A DNA stretch of 64,000 bases from Campylobacterota bacterium (GCA_034721895.1 JAYEND010000099.1:521-64520), one strand, 5' to 3'; positions 16,267-28,333 are shown, counted from the stretch's first letter. The notes: generated by a model not told the origin, from the sequence alone. Program-made: numbers and translations.

Positions 16267-17120
16267 TGATCAAGATCAAGATCCAAAAAGTACTTCAGGG
16301 CAGTGCTGGTCAAATGAACCTGGATATTGATATTGATATCCAAGAACATGAGTTTGTGGCATTGGCCGGACAAAGTGGCAGTGGGAAAACGACACTGCTG
16401 CGCATTTTAGCGGGATTGGAAAAGGCCGATGGCACTATCAGCGTCAACGATAAAGTCTGGCAAAAAGAGACAACCGCTTTAGCGCCCCAAAAACGCGGTA
16501 TCGGTTTTGTATTTCAGGATTATGCTCTCTTTGCCAATATGAGTGTGGAAGAGAATCTACTGTATGTAAGCAGAGACAAAACCCTTGCAAAGCACCTGTT
16601 GGAGATGACCGATCTGTTTGAATTGAAAGATCGTTTGCCTGCCACACTCAGCGGTGGTCAAAAACAACGGGTATCCCTGTGTCGTGCCTTGATGAACCGC
16701 CCCAAGCTCCTGCTGATGGATGAACCGCTCTCGGCTTTGGACCCTGCCATGCGCACCAAGCTGCAGCAGGACATTCTGACACTACACAAAGAGTTTGGCA
16801 CCACGACGATCATGGTTTCCCATGATCCCAGCGAAATCTATCGTCTGGCAGATCGCGCTATATTGCTTGATCAAGGCAAAATAGTTCAAGACAGTACCCC
16901 CAAAGAAGTGCTGTTGAAAACACAGGGAAGCCAGAAGTTTTCACTGACAGGCGAACTGCTCGATATTATCAAAGCGGATGTGATCCATATCGCCATTGTA
17001 GCGATCGGCCAGCAGATCGTCGAAGTGGTATTGGACGAGCAGGAGGCAAATTTCTTTAAAATCGGTGATGCCGTACGGGTCAGCACCAAGGCGTTTGCCC
17101 CGACACTCAGCCAGGTATGA
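16266..17120 (+). CDS. modC: molybdate ABC transporter ATP-binding protein ModC
   Basis: 284 aa with Walker A GQSGSGKTT, signature LSGGQKQR, Walker B LLLMDEP, and a short C-terminal TOBE-like tail. Confidence 0.9.
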   Translation: MIKIKIQKVLQGSAGQMNLDIDIDIQEHEFVALAGQSGSGKTTLLRILAGLEKADGTISVNDKVWQKETTALAPQKRGIGFVFQDYALFANMSVEENLLYVSRDKTLAKHLLEMTDLFELKDRLPATLSGGQKQRVSLCRALMNRPKLLLMDEPLSALDPAMRTKLQQDILTLHKEFGTTTIMVSHDPSEIYRLADRAILLDQGKIVQDSTPKEVLLKTQGSQKFSLTGELLDIIKADVIHIAIVAIGQQIVEVVLDEQEANFFKIGDAVRVSTKAFAPTLSQV

Positions 17121-17290
17121 ACAGGCAGCCTCCAATCTATTCTCGGCTCACCCGACTCAGTTCGGTATTTTTGATACCATGCCTTCTTCACTATTAGATA
17201 TTTCTTTATTTGTTTTATTAATTTTAATATATTATTTATTATTCGATAAATAATAGATAGAATGTAATAATATCAAAAAAAGGAGCTATT

Positions 17291-17728
17291 GTGAAAAAAT
17301 TAATTTTGATGCTGGGTATTGTCACTCCGCTTTTGTTTGCTGCACAGCCAGAAAAGGTGGAAAACCCGGAACAGAAAGCACTGCAGAGTACAATGCTGAC
17401 GCTTTCGAAGGGGTTGATGCATATTCAACAGGGTATTTTAACTAACAGCAAAGAGGATATCCTCACAGGCGTACGCATGCTCAAGCGGACCGAAGAAGGT
17501 TTTTTGACAAGTCATGGAGAAGCCATGCAAAAGTATATGCCGGAAAATCCGAAATATGCCATAAGTATGGCAAAACAGAGTGAAATAAATATCGAAAGAT
17601 ATACCAGAGAGATGCGAAGCGACATCCTTTCAAACAAGGATTATGACAGAGTGGTAAGAGGATATACCAATATTATGAAAGAGTGTGTCAAGTGCCATCA
17701 GAAGCTTCGAAGATGGGAATGGCGATAG
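17291..17728 (+). CDS. class II c-type cytochrome (cytochrome c'/c-556-like four-helix bundle)
   Basis: 145 aa with a signal peptide and a single CVKCH (CxxCH) motif about 10 residues from the C-terminus. GTG start after AAAGGAG. Confidence 0.55.
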   Translation: MKKLILMLGIVTPLLFAAQPEKVENPEQKALQSTMLTLSKGLMHIQQGILTNSKEDILTGVRMLKRTEEGFLTSHGEAMQKYMPENPKYAISMAKQSEINIERYTREMRSDILSNKDYDRVVRGYTNIMKECVKCHQKLRRWEWR

Positions 17729-17757
17729 CAATTACCCAATCTTACACTTTTAGGTTT

Positions 17758-19047
17758 TCAGGAATTTTCTGGCGCCCTGGGATCGACGATCTTCCCTGCG
17801 ATAGCAGAGGCTGCAGCTACAGCAGAATTGGCGAGATAGATCTCTGAAGTCCTTGCGCCCATACGGCCGACGAAGTTTCGGTTGGTTGTTGCAACACAGC
17901 GTTCTCCGTCACCCAGAATACCCATGTAGCCGCCCAGGCAGGCACCACAGGTCGGATTAGAGACTACGGCGCCTGCTTCGATCAGGATATCCATCAATCC
18001 TTCATGCTGTGCCTGCATCAAAATCTTTTGTGTCGCAGGCGTCACGATCATACGGGTACGCTTCGCTACCCTTTTGCCCTTCATGATCTCCGCAGCAATA
18101 CGTAAATCCTCGATACGGCCGTTGGTACAGGAACCGATCATTACCTGATCGATCGCAATATCATCCGCTACCGCCTGCTCCACCGGCTTGCCGTTGGATG
18201 GCAAAAATGGATAAGCAATAACGGGCGACAGTTTAGCAACATCGATCTCAACGACCTGGCAATACTCCGCATCTTCATCGGAAGTGAATATCTTCGGCTC
18301 GGAACGCAATCCATCGTTTATCTCTGCCCTCTCATCGAGATAGGCCCGAGTCACTTCATCAACTGCAATGATCCCTGACTTGGCGCCCGCTTCGATCGCC
18401 ATATTGCACATGGAAAAACGATCATCCATCCCAAGATATTTGATCGTATCTCCGGTAAATTCCAGTGCCTTATAAAGTGCGCCATCCACTCCCAGAATAC
18501 GGATCAGTTCAAGAATGATATCTTTTCCATAGATATGTTCTCCAGGTTCGCCGTTCAACACAACTTTGATCGTTTCAGGCACTTTGAACCAGTTGCCTCC
18601 AGTAATCATTCCAAAGGCAATGTCCGTACTTCCCATCCCCGTCGAAAAGGCGCCGAGTGCACCATGGGTGCAGGTATGAGAATCCGCACCGATGATCACA
18701 TCTCCGGGAATGACCAATCCCTTCTCCGGAAGCAGAGCATGCTCGATCCCCATATCCTTCTCATCAAAGAAATACTTCAGGTCATGCTTATAGGCAAACT
18801 CTCTGGATATCTTTGCCTGGTTCGCCGAAGCAATATCTTTGGCAGGGATATAGTGATCCAAGACAATACTGAAACTATCCGGTCTGGCCAACTTCTCTGC
18901 TCCGCTCTCTTCAAATGCTCTGATCGAAATCGGTGTCGTGATATCATTCCCGATGATCATATCGATATCGACCCTGACGATCTCTCCGGCTTTGACGTCA
19001 ACTCCGGCATGTTCCGAAAAGATCTTCTCCGTAATGGTCTGTTTCAT
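17758..19047 (-). CDS. leuC: 3-isopropylmalate dehydratase large subunit LeuC (aconitase family)
   Basis: MKQTITEKIFSEHAG...IIGADSHTCTHGALGAF...SCTNGR...NRNFVGRMG. I prefer the Met at 19047 over the ORF-track start 19077. Confidence 0.88.
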   Translation of the reverse strand: MKQTITEKIFSEHAGVDVKAGEIVRVDIDMIIGNDITTPISIRAFEESGAEKLARPDSFSIVLDHYIPAKDIASANQAKISREFAYKHDLKYFFDEKDMGIEHALLPEKGLVIPGDVIIGADSHTCTHGALGAFSTGMGSTDIAFGMITGGNWFKVPETIKVVLNGEPGEHIYGKDIILELIRILGVDGALYKALEFTGDTIKYLGMDDRFSMCNMAIEAGAKSGIIAVDEVTRAYLDERAEINDGLRSEPKIFTSDEDAEYCQVVEIDVAKLSPVIAYPFLPSNGKPVEQAVADDIAIDQVMIGSCTNGRIEDLRIAAEIMKGKRVAKRTRMIVTPATQKILMQAQHEGLMDILIEAGAVVSNPTCGACLGGYMGILGDGERCVATTNRNFVGRMGARTSEIYLANSAVAAASAIAGKIVDPRAPENS

Positions 19048-19153
19048 TGTGACATCCTTCGGATAGGACGCTAACACTGGGTTAACTTCAGCAGTTGGCT
19101 CACGCGACTGGTCGCATTAAATACTGCTTTATGATCCTAGTTTTATTAATTTT

Positions 19154-19165
19154 GCGAATTATACC
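19154..19165 (-). promoter_or_regulatory. putative -10 region (GGTATAATTCGC on minus strand) for leuC
   Basis: TATAAT (reverse complement of 19158-19163) lies about 110 nt upstream of leuC. The 12-mer is identical to the one upstream of rpsU. Confidence 0.35.
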
Positions 19166-19334
19166 AAAAAATATTTATGATAGAATGCGGTTAATAAAAC
19201 ATAGTAATACTTCTCTCACCAAAGGTGTAGCTTTTACGAGAAATCATTTAGTGATTTTCTTGCATCGTGCTTTAGCACAGAAGTGAGAGGAATTGGGAAG
19301 GAGCTTTGCTTCTGCCCAAAGAGAAAGGTTTTTA

Positions 19335-20678
19335 ATGAAACTTTACGAACTCCGGGCAGTAGCAGAACACCTCTCCCATTTTGATTTTATTCGCAATGCC
19401 AAACGGGTGGATGATAATACCATTGAACTGATTTTCGATAAGGAGAACAGCTATTTCTTCAATATGACACGGGGCCACAGCTTCATTTACAAAACAAAAA
19501 GTCAACGACCGCTCAAGAGTTACCAGGCCCCGTTCGACAACCTGCTGCATTCACTTGTCGGAAACAGCAAAATCCTGACAATCGAAACCCAGGGATATGA
19601 CCGGATACTTCGATTCACTCTGGCGCCCAAAAGCAGCTATAAAGACAAGAAGATCGCACTGCAGTTTGAATTTACAGGCAAAAATACCAATGCCATACTG
19701 ATCGATGAGGGTGAAACGATCATCGAAGCCCTGAGACACGTCGACGCAGAGCGCTCTTTCAGGATCATCCGCCCCGGTGCAGCACTTCTTCCCCTGCCTC
19801 CTTATGAGCGAAAAGAAGAGCAGCGTTCCATCGACAATATCGATACCCTGCTCCGGGAAAATTGGGGAAAATTTGAAAGCAAACGGATCGAAGGACTTAA
19901 AAAACAGAAGTTGTCAACAGTCAAAAAAAAGATTGACAAACTTGCCGGACTGCTTGACAAACTACCTGACGAAAATGAGCTTAAAGAGGAAGAGAAGAAG
20001 TACCGGAACTATGGCAATATCGTACTGGCAAACCTCTACCAGATCAAACCCTATGATACAAAACTGAAGACTTATGATTTTGACGGGCAGGAGGTCACCA
20101 TCACTCTACCAAAAGGACTTGTCACCAATCGAATCAGTGAACACTTCTTCAATCTTGCCAAACGGGCCAGGAACAAAGCCAAAAATATCCATATCGAAAA
20201 AGAGAACCTCAGTAGTAAAATGGCTTTTTATCAAAATATCCACTATGCCGTAGAAAATGCCGAAGATGCCTATGAACTCGAACTTCTCGTCCCAAGGAGA
20301 GGAAAATCACAGCGCAAGAAGGAGAAACTCAAAGAGTGTGAATTTTTCTGGATCGAAGATTATAAAGTACTTGTCGGACGCAATAGCAGCGAAAACCAGA
20401 AACTGCTCAAAATCGCCAAATCCAATGACCTCTGGATGCATATCCGTGATGTACCCTCTTCCCATGTCATTATCAAAACAGACAAGCAGAATCTGCCGCA
20501 GAATGTCATCGAAGCCGCGGCCAAACTCTGTGTTGACTTCTCAGTGAAAAATCCCGGCGAGTACGACGTCGACTATACCAAACGAAAATTTGTCAAGATA
20601 CAGGAAGGCTCTAATGTCCTCTATAACAAATATGACACCCTGCGTGTCCGGAAAGAGGGTGTTGAGATTAGAGAGTAA
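19335..20678 (+). CDS. NFACT-family protein (RqcH/FbpA homologue; NFACT-N + coiled coil + NFACT-R/DUF814)
   Basis: 447 aa from ATG 19335. Contains [21 protein letters not shown], a Lys/Glu-rich coiled coil, and C-terminal [14 protein letters not shown]...[16 protein letters not shown]. Confidence 0.8.
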   Translation: MKLYELRAVAEHLSHFDFIRNAKRVDDNTIELIFDKENSYFFNMTRGHSFIYKTKSQRPLKSYQAPFDNLLHSLVGNSKILTIETQGYDRILRFTLAPKSSYKDKKIALQFEFTGKNTNAILIDEGETIIEALRHVDAERSFRIIRPGAALLPLPPYERKEEQRSIDNIDTLLRENWGKFESKRIEGLKKQKLSTVKKKIDKLAGLLDKLPDENELKEEEKKYRNYGNIVLANLYQIKPYDTKLKTYDFDGQEVTITLPKGLVTNRISEHFFNLAKRARNKAKNIHIEKENLSSKMAFYQNIHYAVENAEDAYELELLVPRRGKSQRKKEKLKECEFFWIEDYKVLVGRNSSENQKLLKIAKSNDLWMHIRDVPSSHVIIKTDKQNLPQNVIEAAAKLCVDFSVKNPGEYDVDYTKRKFVKIQEGSNVLYNKYDTLRVRKEGVEIRE

Positions 20679-20710
20679 CAGAATTTTTGGTTATAATAAT
20701 CTGATAATTT

Positions 20711-20819
20711 CTCTCGTTCCCAACATCCTCGTTGGGAATGTATATTATAGATACTTGAATGTAAATACTACATATCATGCCCAAGTATGCATTCCCAAGC
20801 TGAAGCTTGGGAACGAGTG
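20711..20819. repeat. ~110-bp inverted-repeat element made of two GTTCCCA hairpins
   Basis: Left hairpin TTCCCAAC-atcctc-GTTGGGAA at 20717-20738. Right hairpin TTCCCAAGC-tgaa-GCTTGGGAA at 20792-20813. Outer arms CTCGTTCCCA (20713-22) / TGGGAACGAG (20808-17). Confidence 0.65.
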
Positions 20820-20835
20820 TGACGAGGAAAACAAA

Positions 20836-21594
20836 ATGACACGAATCTTTACTGACTATCAGGAGCGATGGCTGACCGGTATTGCACTCCTTGCAATTGT
20901 GGGCATTATTGGCTGGATCGACAACTTTTTTATTATGTGGGCTTTTTTGGGAGTCGTTTATATCTTTGCTTTTTACGAAGCGATGCAGCTCTTCAAACTT
21001 AGAGCCCCATCAATGTATTTCTGGGCACTGCTGCTCTGGATTTTAGCCTACTTCTACCCCAACCCCGATGATCTCTTCTTTTTGATCGCGATCATTTTTG
21101 CCAGTACCCTGGCCTATACACACAACTTTGACAAAAGACTTTTTCTGCCATTCCTCTATCCGGTCAGCGGTATCCTCTTCTTTTTGATCCTCTATCAGGA
21201 TTTCGGTATTCAGGCGATGTTCTGGCTGCTTGTCACTGTGGCAATGACAGATATGGGTGCTTTCTTTGTGGGGAAACTGATCGGACGCACCAAATTCTCG
21301 GATACCTCGCCCAACAAAACCATTGAAGGTGTCATCGGCGGGGTTGTTTTCGCCACACTGTTTGGAACCTATACCGGTCTCTATATTGCAGAGTTCTGGA
21401 CAGCTCTATTTGTGACACTCTTCACCTCGCTGGCATCTGTCTTCGGCGACCTTTTTGAAAGTTATCTCAAACGTGAAGCGGGTGTCAAAGACAGTGGAGA
21501 TCTGCTGCCTGGACATGGTGGTATCCTCGACCGGATCGATGGCTATCTCTTTGCCGCCGTTATCATGGTCATTACCCTCAGGTCATTTCTCTAA
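20836..21594 (+). CDS. cdsA: phosphatidate cytidylyltransferase CdsA
   Basis: [15 protein letters not shown]..., multi-TM, with C-terminal [28 protein letters not shown]. The ORF-track extension back to 20590 runs through the repeat element and is rejected. Confidence 0.9.
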   Translation: MTRIFTDYQERWLTGIALLAIVGIIGWIDNFFIMWAFLGVVYIFAFYEAMQLFKLRAPSMYFWALLLWILAYFYPNPDDLFFLIAIIFASTLAYTHNFDKRLFLPFLYPVSGILFFLILYQDFGIQAMFWLLVTVAMTDMGAFFVGKLIGRTKFSDTSPNKTIEGVIGGVVFATLFGTYTGLYIAEFWTALFVTLFTSLASVFGDLFESYLKREAGVKDSGDLLPGHGGILDRIDGYLFAAVIMVITLRSFL

Positions 21595-21599
21595 GACCC

Positions 21600-22688
21600 A
21601 TGCCTGATTCGCCTGATTCGATTGTACTGCTCGGCTCAACCGGTTCAATAGGGGTCAATACCCTGGAGATCGCTTCCCGGTATAAAATTCCCATCGAAGC
21701 GCTTGTTGCCGGGAATAATATTGATCTACTCAACAAACAGATTAAAAAATACCATCCCCGTTATGTCGCTATTGCCAATGAAATACACAGGAGCCGTATC
21801 GATCATACCCATGTTTACTGCAGAGAACAGGGAATTCTGGAACTTCTGGAACAAACCCAAAGTCCGACTGTTGTCAACGCACTGGTAGGCTATGCCGGAC
21901 TGGCCCCAACCCTGAAATCCATCGAACTTGGTAAAAGAGTCGCACTTGCCAACAAAGAATCTCTGGTCGTTGGCGGGGAATTTATCGATATAGGCAAAAT
22001 TACCCCGATTGACAGTGAACACTTCGGCCTCTGGTATCTAATGAACGAGAGACCTATCAATAAACTCTATATTACTGCAAGCGGCGGTGCTTTCCGTGAC
22101 TGGAAGAGAGAAAAGATCGCTGATGCAACCTTCGCTGATGCGCTCAAACACCCCAACTGGTCAATGGGCAACAAGATCACTATCGACTCTGCAACGATGA
22201 CCAATAAACTTTTCGAACTTCTCGAAGCCAAGTGGCTCTTTGATACCAGCAATATTGATGCAGTCATCGAACGCAAATCGATCGTTCATGCCCTGGCAGA
22301 ATTCAAAGACGGCTCTACCACTGCCCACTTTGCCGGTGTGGACATGAAACTTCCTATCGCCTTTGCCTTGAGAGGAAAAGTAGAGGAGGAGATTCTTCCC
22401 CCTCTTGACCTCCTTGAGATTGGAAACCTTCAATTCGAGTCCATTTCAAAAGAAAAATATCCTATTTGGGAGATCAAAGAACATTTGCTCAAAAACCCCC
22501 ATTTGGGTGTTATCCTCAATGCCGCAAATGAAGAAGCCATCAAATCCTTCGAATCGGGAAAAAGCACTTTCTTCGGCATGGCGGATATGGTTCTCGATGC
22601 CTACAAAGAATTTGACTCTGTACATGCAAAAGACATAGGCGAAATCATAGAGATAGACAAAGAGGTGAGAAGCTATGTCAATCAATAA
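21600..22688 (+). CDS. dxr: 1-deoxy-D-xylulose-5-phosphate reductoisomerase
   Basis: 362 aa with LGSTGSIGVNTL, LANKESLV, DSEH and NWSMGNKITIDSATMTNK. Confidence 0.95.
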   Translation: MPDSPDSIVLLGSTGSIGVNTLEIASRYKIPIEALVAGNNIDLLNKQIKKYHPRYVAIANEIHRSRIDHTHVYCREQGILELLEQTQSPTVVNALVGYAGLAPTLKSIELGKRVALANKESLVVGGEFIDIGKITPIDSEHFGLWYLMNERPINKLYITASGGAFRDWKREKIADATFADALKHPNWSMGNKITIDSATMTNKLFELLEAKWLFDTSNIDAVIERKSIVHALAEFKDGSTTAHFAGVDMKLPIAFALRGKVEEEILPPLDLLEIGNLQFESISKEKYPIWEIKEHLLKNPHLGVILNAANEEAIKSFESGKSTFFGMADMVLDAYKEFDSVHAKDIGEIIEIDKEVRSYVNQ

Positions 22689-22785
22689 GTGTTCAGCGTT
22701 CAGCGTTCAGCGTTTGAGAAACAATAAAAGTATTGCAGCGCAATACATACCAACACTATTCACTATTCACTATTCACTATTCACT
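22689..22785 (+). repeat. composite intergenic element, copy 2: (GYGTTCA)x3.7, hairpin, (CACTATT)x4.6
   Basis: Left array at 22689-22714. Box AACAATAAAAG. Hairpin TATTGC-agc-GCAATA at 22731-22745. Linker CATACCAA. Right array at 22754-22785. Confidence 0.85.
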
Positions 22786-22820
22786 CAAGATAAGGACTTT
22801 CAATGAAAGTCCTTATCTTG
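22786..22820 (+). promoter_or_regulatory. perfect 15-bp hairpin sequestering SD and start codon of the downstream hydrolase gene
   Basis: CAAGATAAGGACTTT (22786-22800) pairs base-for-base with AAAGTCCTTATCTTG (22806-22820). The loop CAATG contains ATG 22803. Confidence 0.7.
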
Positions 22821-23336
22821 CACGGCTGGGGCGGAAGTGATACCCCGCACTGGCAGGCTGAACTTGCCTGCACACTGGCCAAAGACTATGGAACCGTCAG
22901 CTTTCCGCTGCTGGACAATTGCCACTTCCCAAGCAAAAACAGATGGGTACGGCAGGTTAAAGAAATTTTGGAAGATTTTAAACCCGATACAGTTGTCTGC
23001 CACTCCCTTGCCAACACCCTTTGGTTTTGGCTTTGCCAACAGGAGATGAGAACTGTTGAGAAATTGATTATGGTTTCTCCGCCAAGTCTTACAACGAACG
23101 TCGATACGATTAAAACATTTTTCCCTTGCCCCATGCCACAAATACTTTGCGCAAAAGAAACCATCATGATCGTTTCAGATAATGACCCCTATATTACGAT
23201 CAACGAAGCACAAAAACTCTCAAAGCATTATCATGCACCGCTTACGATCATTGAAAATGCAGGACACATCAATGCTGACAGCGGGTATGGAAAATGGGAA
23301 TATATCGAAAAACTCATTATAAAGAATAAGTCTTGA
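22803..23336 (+). CDS. alpha/beta serine hydrolase, RBBP9/YdeN family
   Basis: 177 aa with MKVLILHGWGGSDTPHWQ, nucleophile elbow VCHSLA, SDNDPY and AGHIN (Ser-Asp-His visible). Confidence 0.75.
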   Translation: MKVLILHGWGGSDTPHWQAELACTLAKDYGTVSFPLLDNCHFPSKNRWVRQVKEILEDFKPDTVVCHSLANTLWFWLCQQEMRTVEKLIMVSPPSLTTNVDTIKTFFPCPMPQILCAKETIMIVSDNDPYITINEAQKLSKHYHAPLTIIENAGHINADSGYGKWEYIEKLIIKNKS

Positions 23337-23338
23337 AA

Positions 23339-23410
23339 GCATTCAGCATTCAGCGTTCAGCGTTCAGAATAGAAGCATTGCAAAGCAATGCCTACCGACA
23401 CTATTCACTT
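23339..23410 (+). repeat. composite intergenic element, copy 3: (GCRTTCA)x4, hairpin, (CACTATT)x1.6
   Basis: Left array at 23339-23367. Hairpin GCATTGC-aaa-GCAATGC at 23375-23391. Linker CTACCGA. Right array at 23399-23410. Confidence 0.85.
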
Positions 23411-23411
23411 T

Positions 23412-23435
23412 CTGAGGATCAAAAATGATCCTCAG
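23412..23435 (+). promoter_or_regulatory. perfect 9-bp hairpin sequestering SD and start codon of tsaD
   Basis: CTGAGGATC (23412-20) / GATCCTCAG (23427-35). The loop AAAAAT overlaps ATG 23425. The SD GAGGA lies in the 5' arm and codons 1-4 lie in the 3' arm. Confidence 0.65.
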
Positions 23436-24444
23436 TATCGAATCAAGCTGTGACGACAGCTCTATCGCCATTACAGAAATCGCAACCAAAAAAGTTCTCT
23501 TCCACAAAAAGATTTCCCAGGAGGCAGAGCACTCCTGCTACGGCGGCGTGGTACCGGAACTGGCCAGCAGACTTCATGCGGTTGCCCTGCCTGAGATCCT
23601 AAAAGAGACGGAACCCTTCTTTTCACATCTCAAAGCCATTGCTGTCACAAACCAGCCTGGGCTTGGCGTCACACTGATGGAAGGGATCGCTATGGCAAAA
23701 ACCCTTGCTGTGCTGCTTGATATTCCACTGATAGCCGTCAATCACCTCAAAGCCCATATCTACTCTCTCTTTATAGAAAAAGAAGCCATTACACCCCTTC
23801 TTGTACTGCTGATCTCAGGAGGCCATACGCAGATCATCCGTGTCGAAAGTTTCGAAAAGATGGAGATCCTGGCCACCAGCATGGATGACAGCGTTGGAGA
23901 AAGCTTTGACAAATGTGCCAAGATGATGGGATTGGGCTACCCGGGTGGACCGGTCATAGAATCATTGGCACTACGGGGAGATGAAAATCGCTTCGACCTC
24001 CCCGTTCCTCTGCGCAACTCACCGCTGATCGCTTTCTCTCTCTCCGGCCTCAAAAATGCGGTACGCTTGCAAATCGAAAAATGCAAAACCTCCAACCAGG
24101 GAGAACTCACTGTACAGGATCAGTGCGATATTGCTGCCTCCTTCCAGAAAGCAGTTAAACTTCATCTTCTGCAAAAGAGTAAAAAGATCTTTGCAAAGGA
24201 GCCGATCAAGGAGTTTGCCATCGTCGGCGGTGCCAGTGCAAACTTCTATATCAGGGATGCCTATGATGCTCTCTGTAAACAGTATGGCAAAACCCTTCAT
24301 ACCACAGCTCTGGAATACTGTTCAGACAACGCCGCCATGGTTGGACGCTATGCCATAGAAGCCTATAAACGAGATGATTTTATCGACCCTGACAAAATCG
24401 ACATCATCAGCAATAAAAAACAGCAAAGCGGCACTCTTTTATAG
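23425..24444 (+). CDS. tsaD: tRNA N6-adenosine threonylcarbamoyltransferase TsaD
   Basis: 339 aa with [16 protein letters not shown]..., [21 protein letters not shown] and GGASAN. Confidence 0.95.
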   Translation: MILSIESSCDDSSIAITEIATKKVLFHKKISQEAEHSCYGGVVPELASRLHAVALPEILKETEPFFSHLKAIAVTNQPGLGVTLMEGIAMAKTLAVLLDIPLIAVNHLKAHIYSLFIEKEAITPLLVLLISGGHTQIIRVESFEKMEILATSMDDSVGESFDKCAKMMGLGYPGGPVIESLALRGDENRFDLPVPLRNSPLIAFSLSGLKNAVRLQIEKCKTSNQGELTVQDQCDIAASFQKAVKLHLLQKSKKIFAKEPIKEFAIVGGASANFYIRDAYDALCKQYGKTLHTTALEYCSDNAAMVGRYAIEAYKRDDFIDPDKIDIISNKKQQSGTLL

Positions 24445-24456
24445 CCCCCTCAACCC

Positions 24457-26896
<2,440 letters not shown>

Positions 26897-26897
<1 letters not shown>

Positions 26898-28333
26898 TGC
26901 TACTGTCAACACGCGAAGAGAGAGAACGACGTTTTAAATTGGCTCTTCGGGCCGGTATTCCTATTTTTCTCCTTATTTTCCTTCTTTTTTATACTACTAT
27001 TTCCGGGGATGGATTTGACAAAATAACACTCGAACATGCCATGCTGATGGGAGGACTGGTATTCATCACCGTCTACTTTATCTATTTTCTTCTGGAACTC
27101 GATGTCAAGGAGACTCTACTTGATCAGACCACAGAGGGGTTTAACCAGGAAACCTTTATTAAAAAACTGAAAAAACATCAGCCTCAGACGGTTGCAGTCC
27201 TCATTGTCAACAATCTCTCTACCGTCAATGAAAACTATGGTGCAGCTGCCACTAATGACCTGCTTCACACGCTTGTCTCCAGACTCAACCACTATACAGA
27301 CAAGTATGGGATCAAAGATTTGTGGATCGGCAGACACTCCGGTGCCGAACTTCTCATCGCTATGGACAGAGAGAGTACTGAAGCTCAGCATATGATGCAG
27401 AAATTTGTCCGGGACAATAGAACAATTGATACCATAGAGATAGATTACCGTTTTGCTGTCATTCACAACACAGGTGATGATCCGGACAAGACCATTGCCC
27501 ATCTCCGGGATCAGCTGAAAGCCCAGGAGATCAAACCAGAGGCCAGAGAAACAGCGGTTAAGGATACTGCGGCACTCTCCAAACTTGAAACGTCCATTCT
27601 CAAGGCACTCGATGATGAAACACTGAATTTCTATTTCAGGCCGCTTTTCAATGTCAGGAAAGATGAAGTTGACAGTTATGAAATTTCAATCAAACTTCGA
27701 TCAGAAACAGGAAAAGAGATTCTCCCCCGTGATTATCTTCCGATCATCAATCGTCTCGGACTGGGTCGCTCCTATGACCTCTCTATCTTCAGGCATGTAA
27801 CCGATATTGCTCTTTTGACGGATGACAATATCTCCTTTAGTTTCAATCTCTCGCCTTTTTCTCTGCGTGACAGGGATTTTCTTGATACGATCTTTGGCAT
27901 CATTGAAGATAAAAATATCGATGCAAACAGACTTATTTTTGAAATCTATGAACGGAAAGCACACCATGATCTGAGCAACTATCTCAAAACTCTCTCCCGG
28001 ATCAGGACAAAAGGGATCCGGGTATGTATCGACAATTTCGGCTCCTCCAATGCTTCCATGGAGTATATGAAACATTTTAAATTTGATGTGGTACAGTTCG
28101 ATAGAGACTTTGTCACCCGGTTGGATGACCAGAACAGTCTCTCGATACTCAAATCCCTGATCGAAATGTCCAAAGGATTGAAGATTACGACTGTTGCAAA
28201 ATGGGTTGACAAAGAGAATCAAAAGCAAATTCTGAAAGATTTGGGGATCGACTATCTTCAGGGCTTTGGCGTAGGGAAACAGTTAACAGAACGCCAGCTC
28301 ATTCAAAAATACAATAACCAGGGAGAATCATGA
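26897..28333 (+). CDS. membrane protein with degenerate GGDEF and degenerate EAL domains
   Basis: 478 aa with 2 N-terminal TM helices. GGDEF reads SGAEL. EAL-domain motifs read EIS, FNLS, FEIYE, DNFG, QFD, AKWVD and QGF. Confidence 0.7.

Noticed and set aside
19200-19334. Cluster of small hairpins upstream of rqcH, considered as a possible leader or riboswitch
   Set aside because: The stems are short (4-8 bp) and AT-rich. They show no similarity to known leaders and no second copy for comparison, so I cannot distinguish them from chance in AT-rich DNA.
20590-20835. 82-codon N-terminal extension of cdsA in the ORF track
   Set aside because: The extension overlaps the 3' end of rqcH and reads through the double-hairpin repeat. 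CdsA homology starts at Met 20836, which has an upstream purine-rich stretch.
21603-21620. Perfect 9-bp tandem duplication CCTGATTCG x2 at the start of dxr (encodes PDS-PDS)
   Set aside because: It is in frame and lies in the non-conserved N-terminal tail before the GSTGSIG motif. It is probably a neutral slippage duplication.
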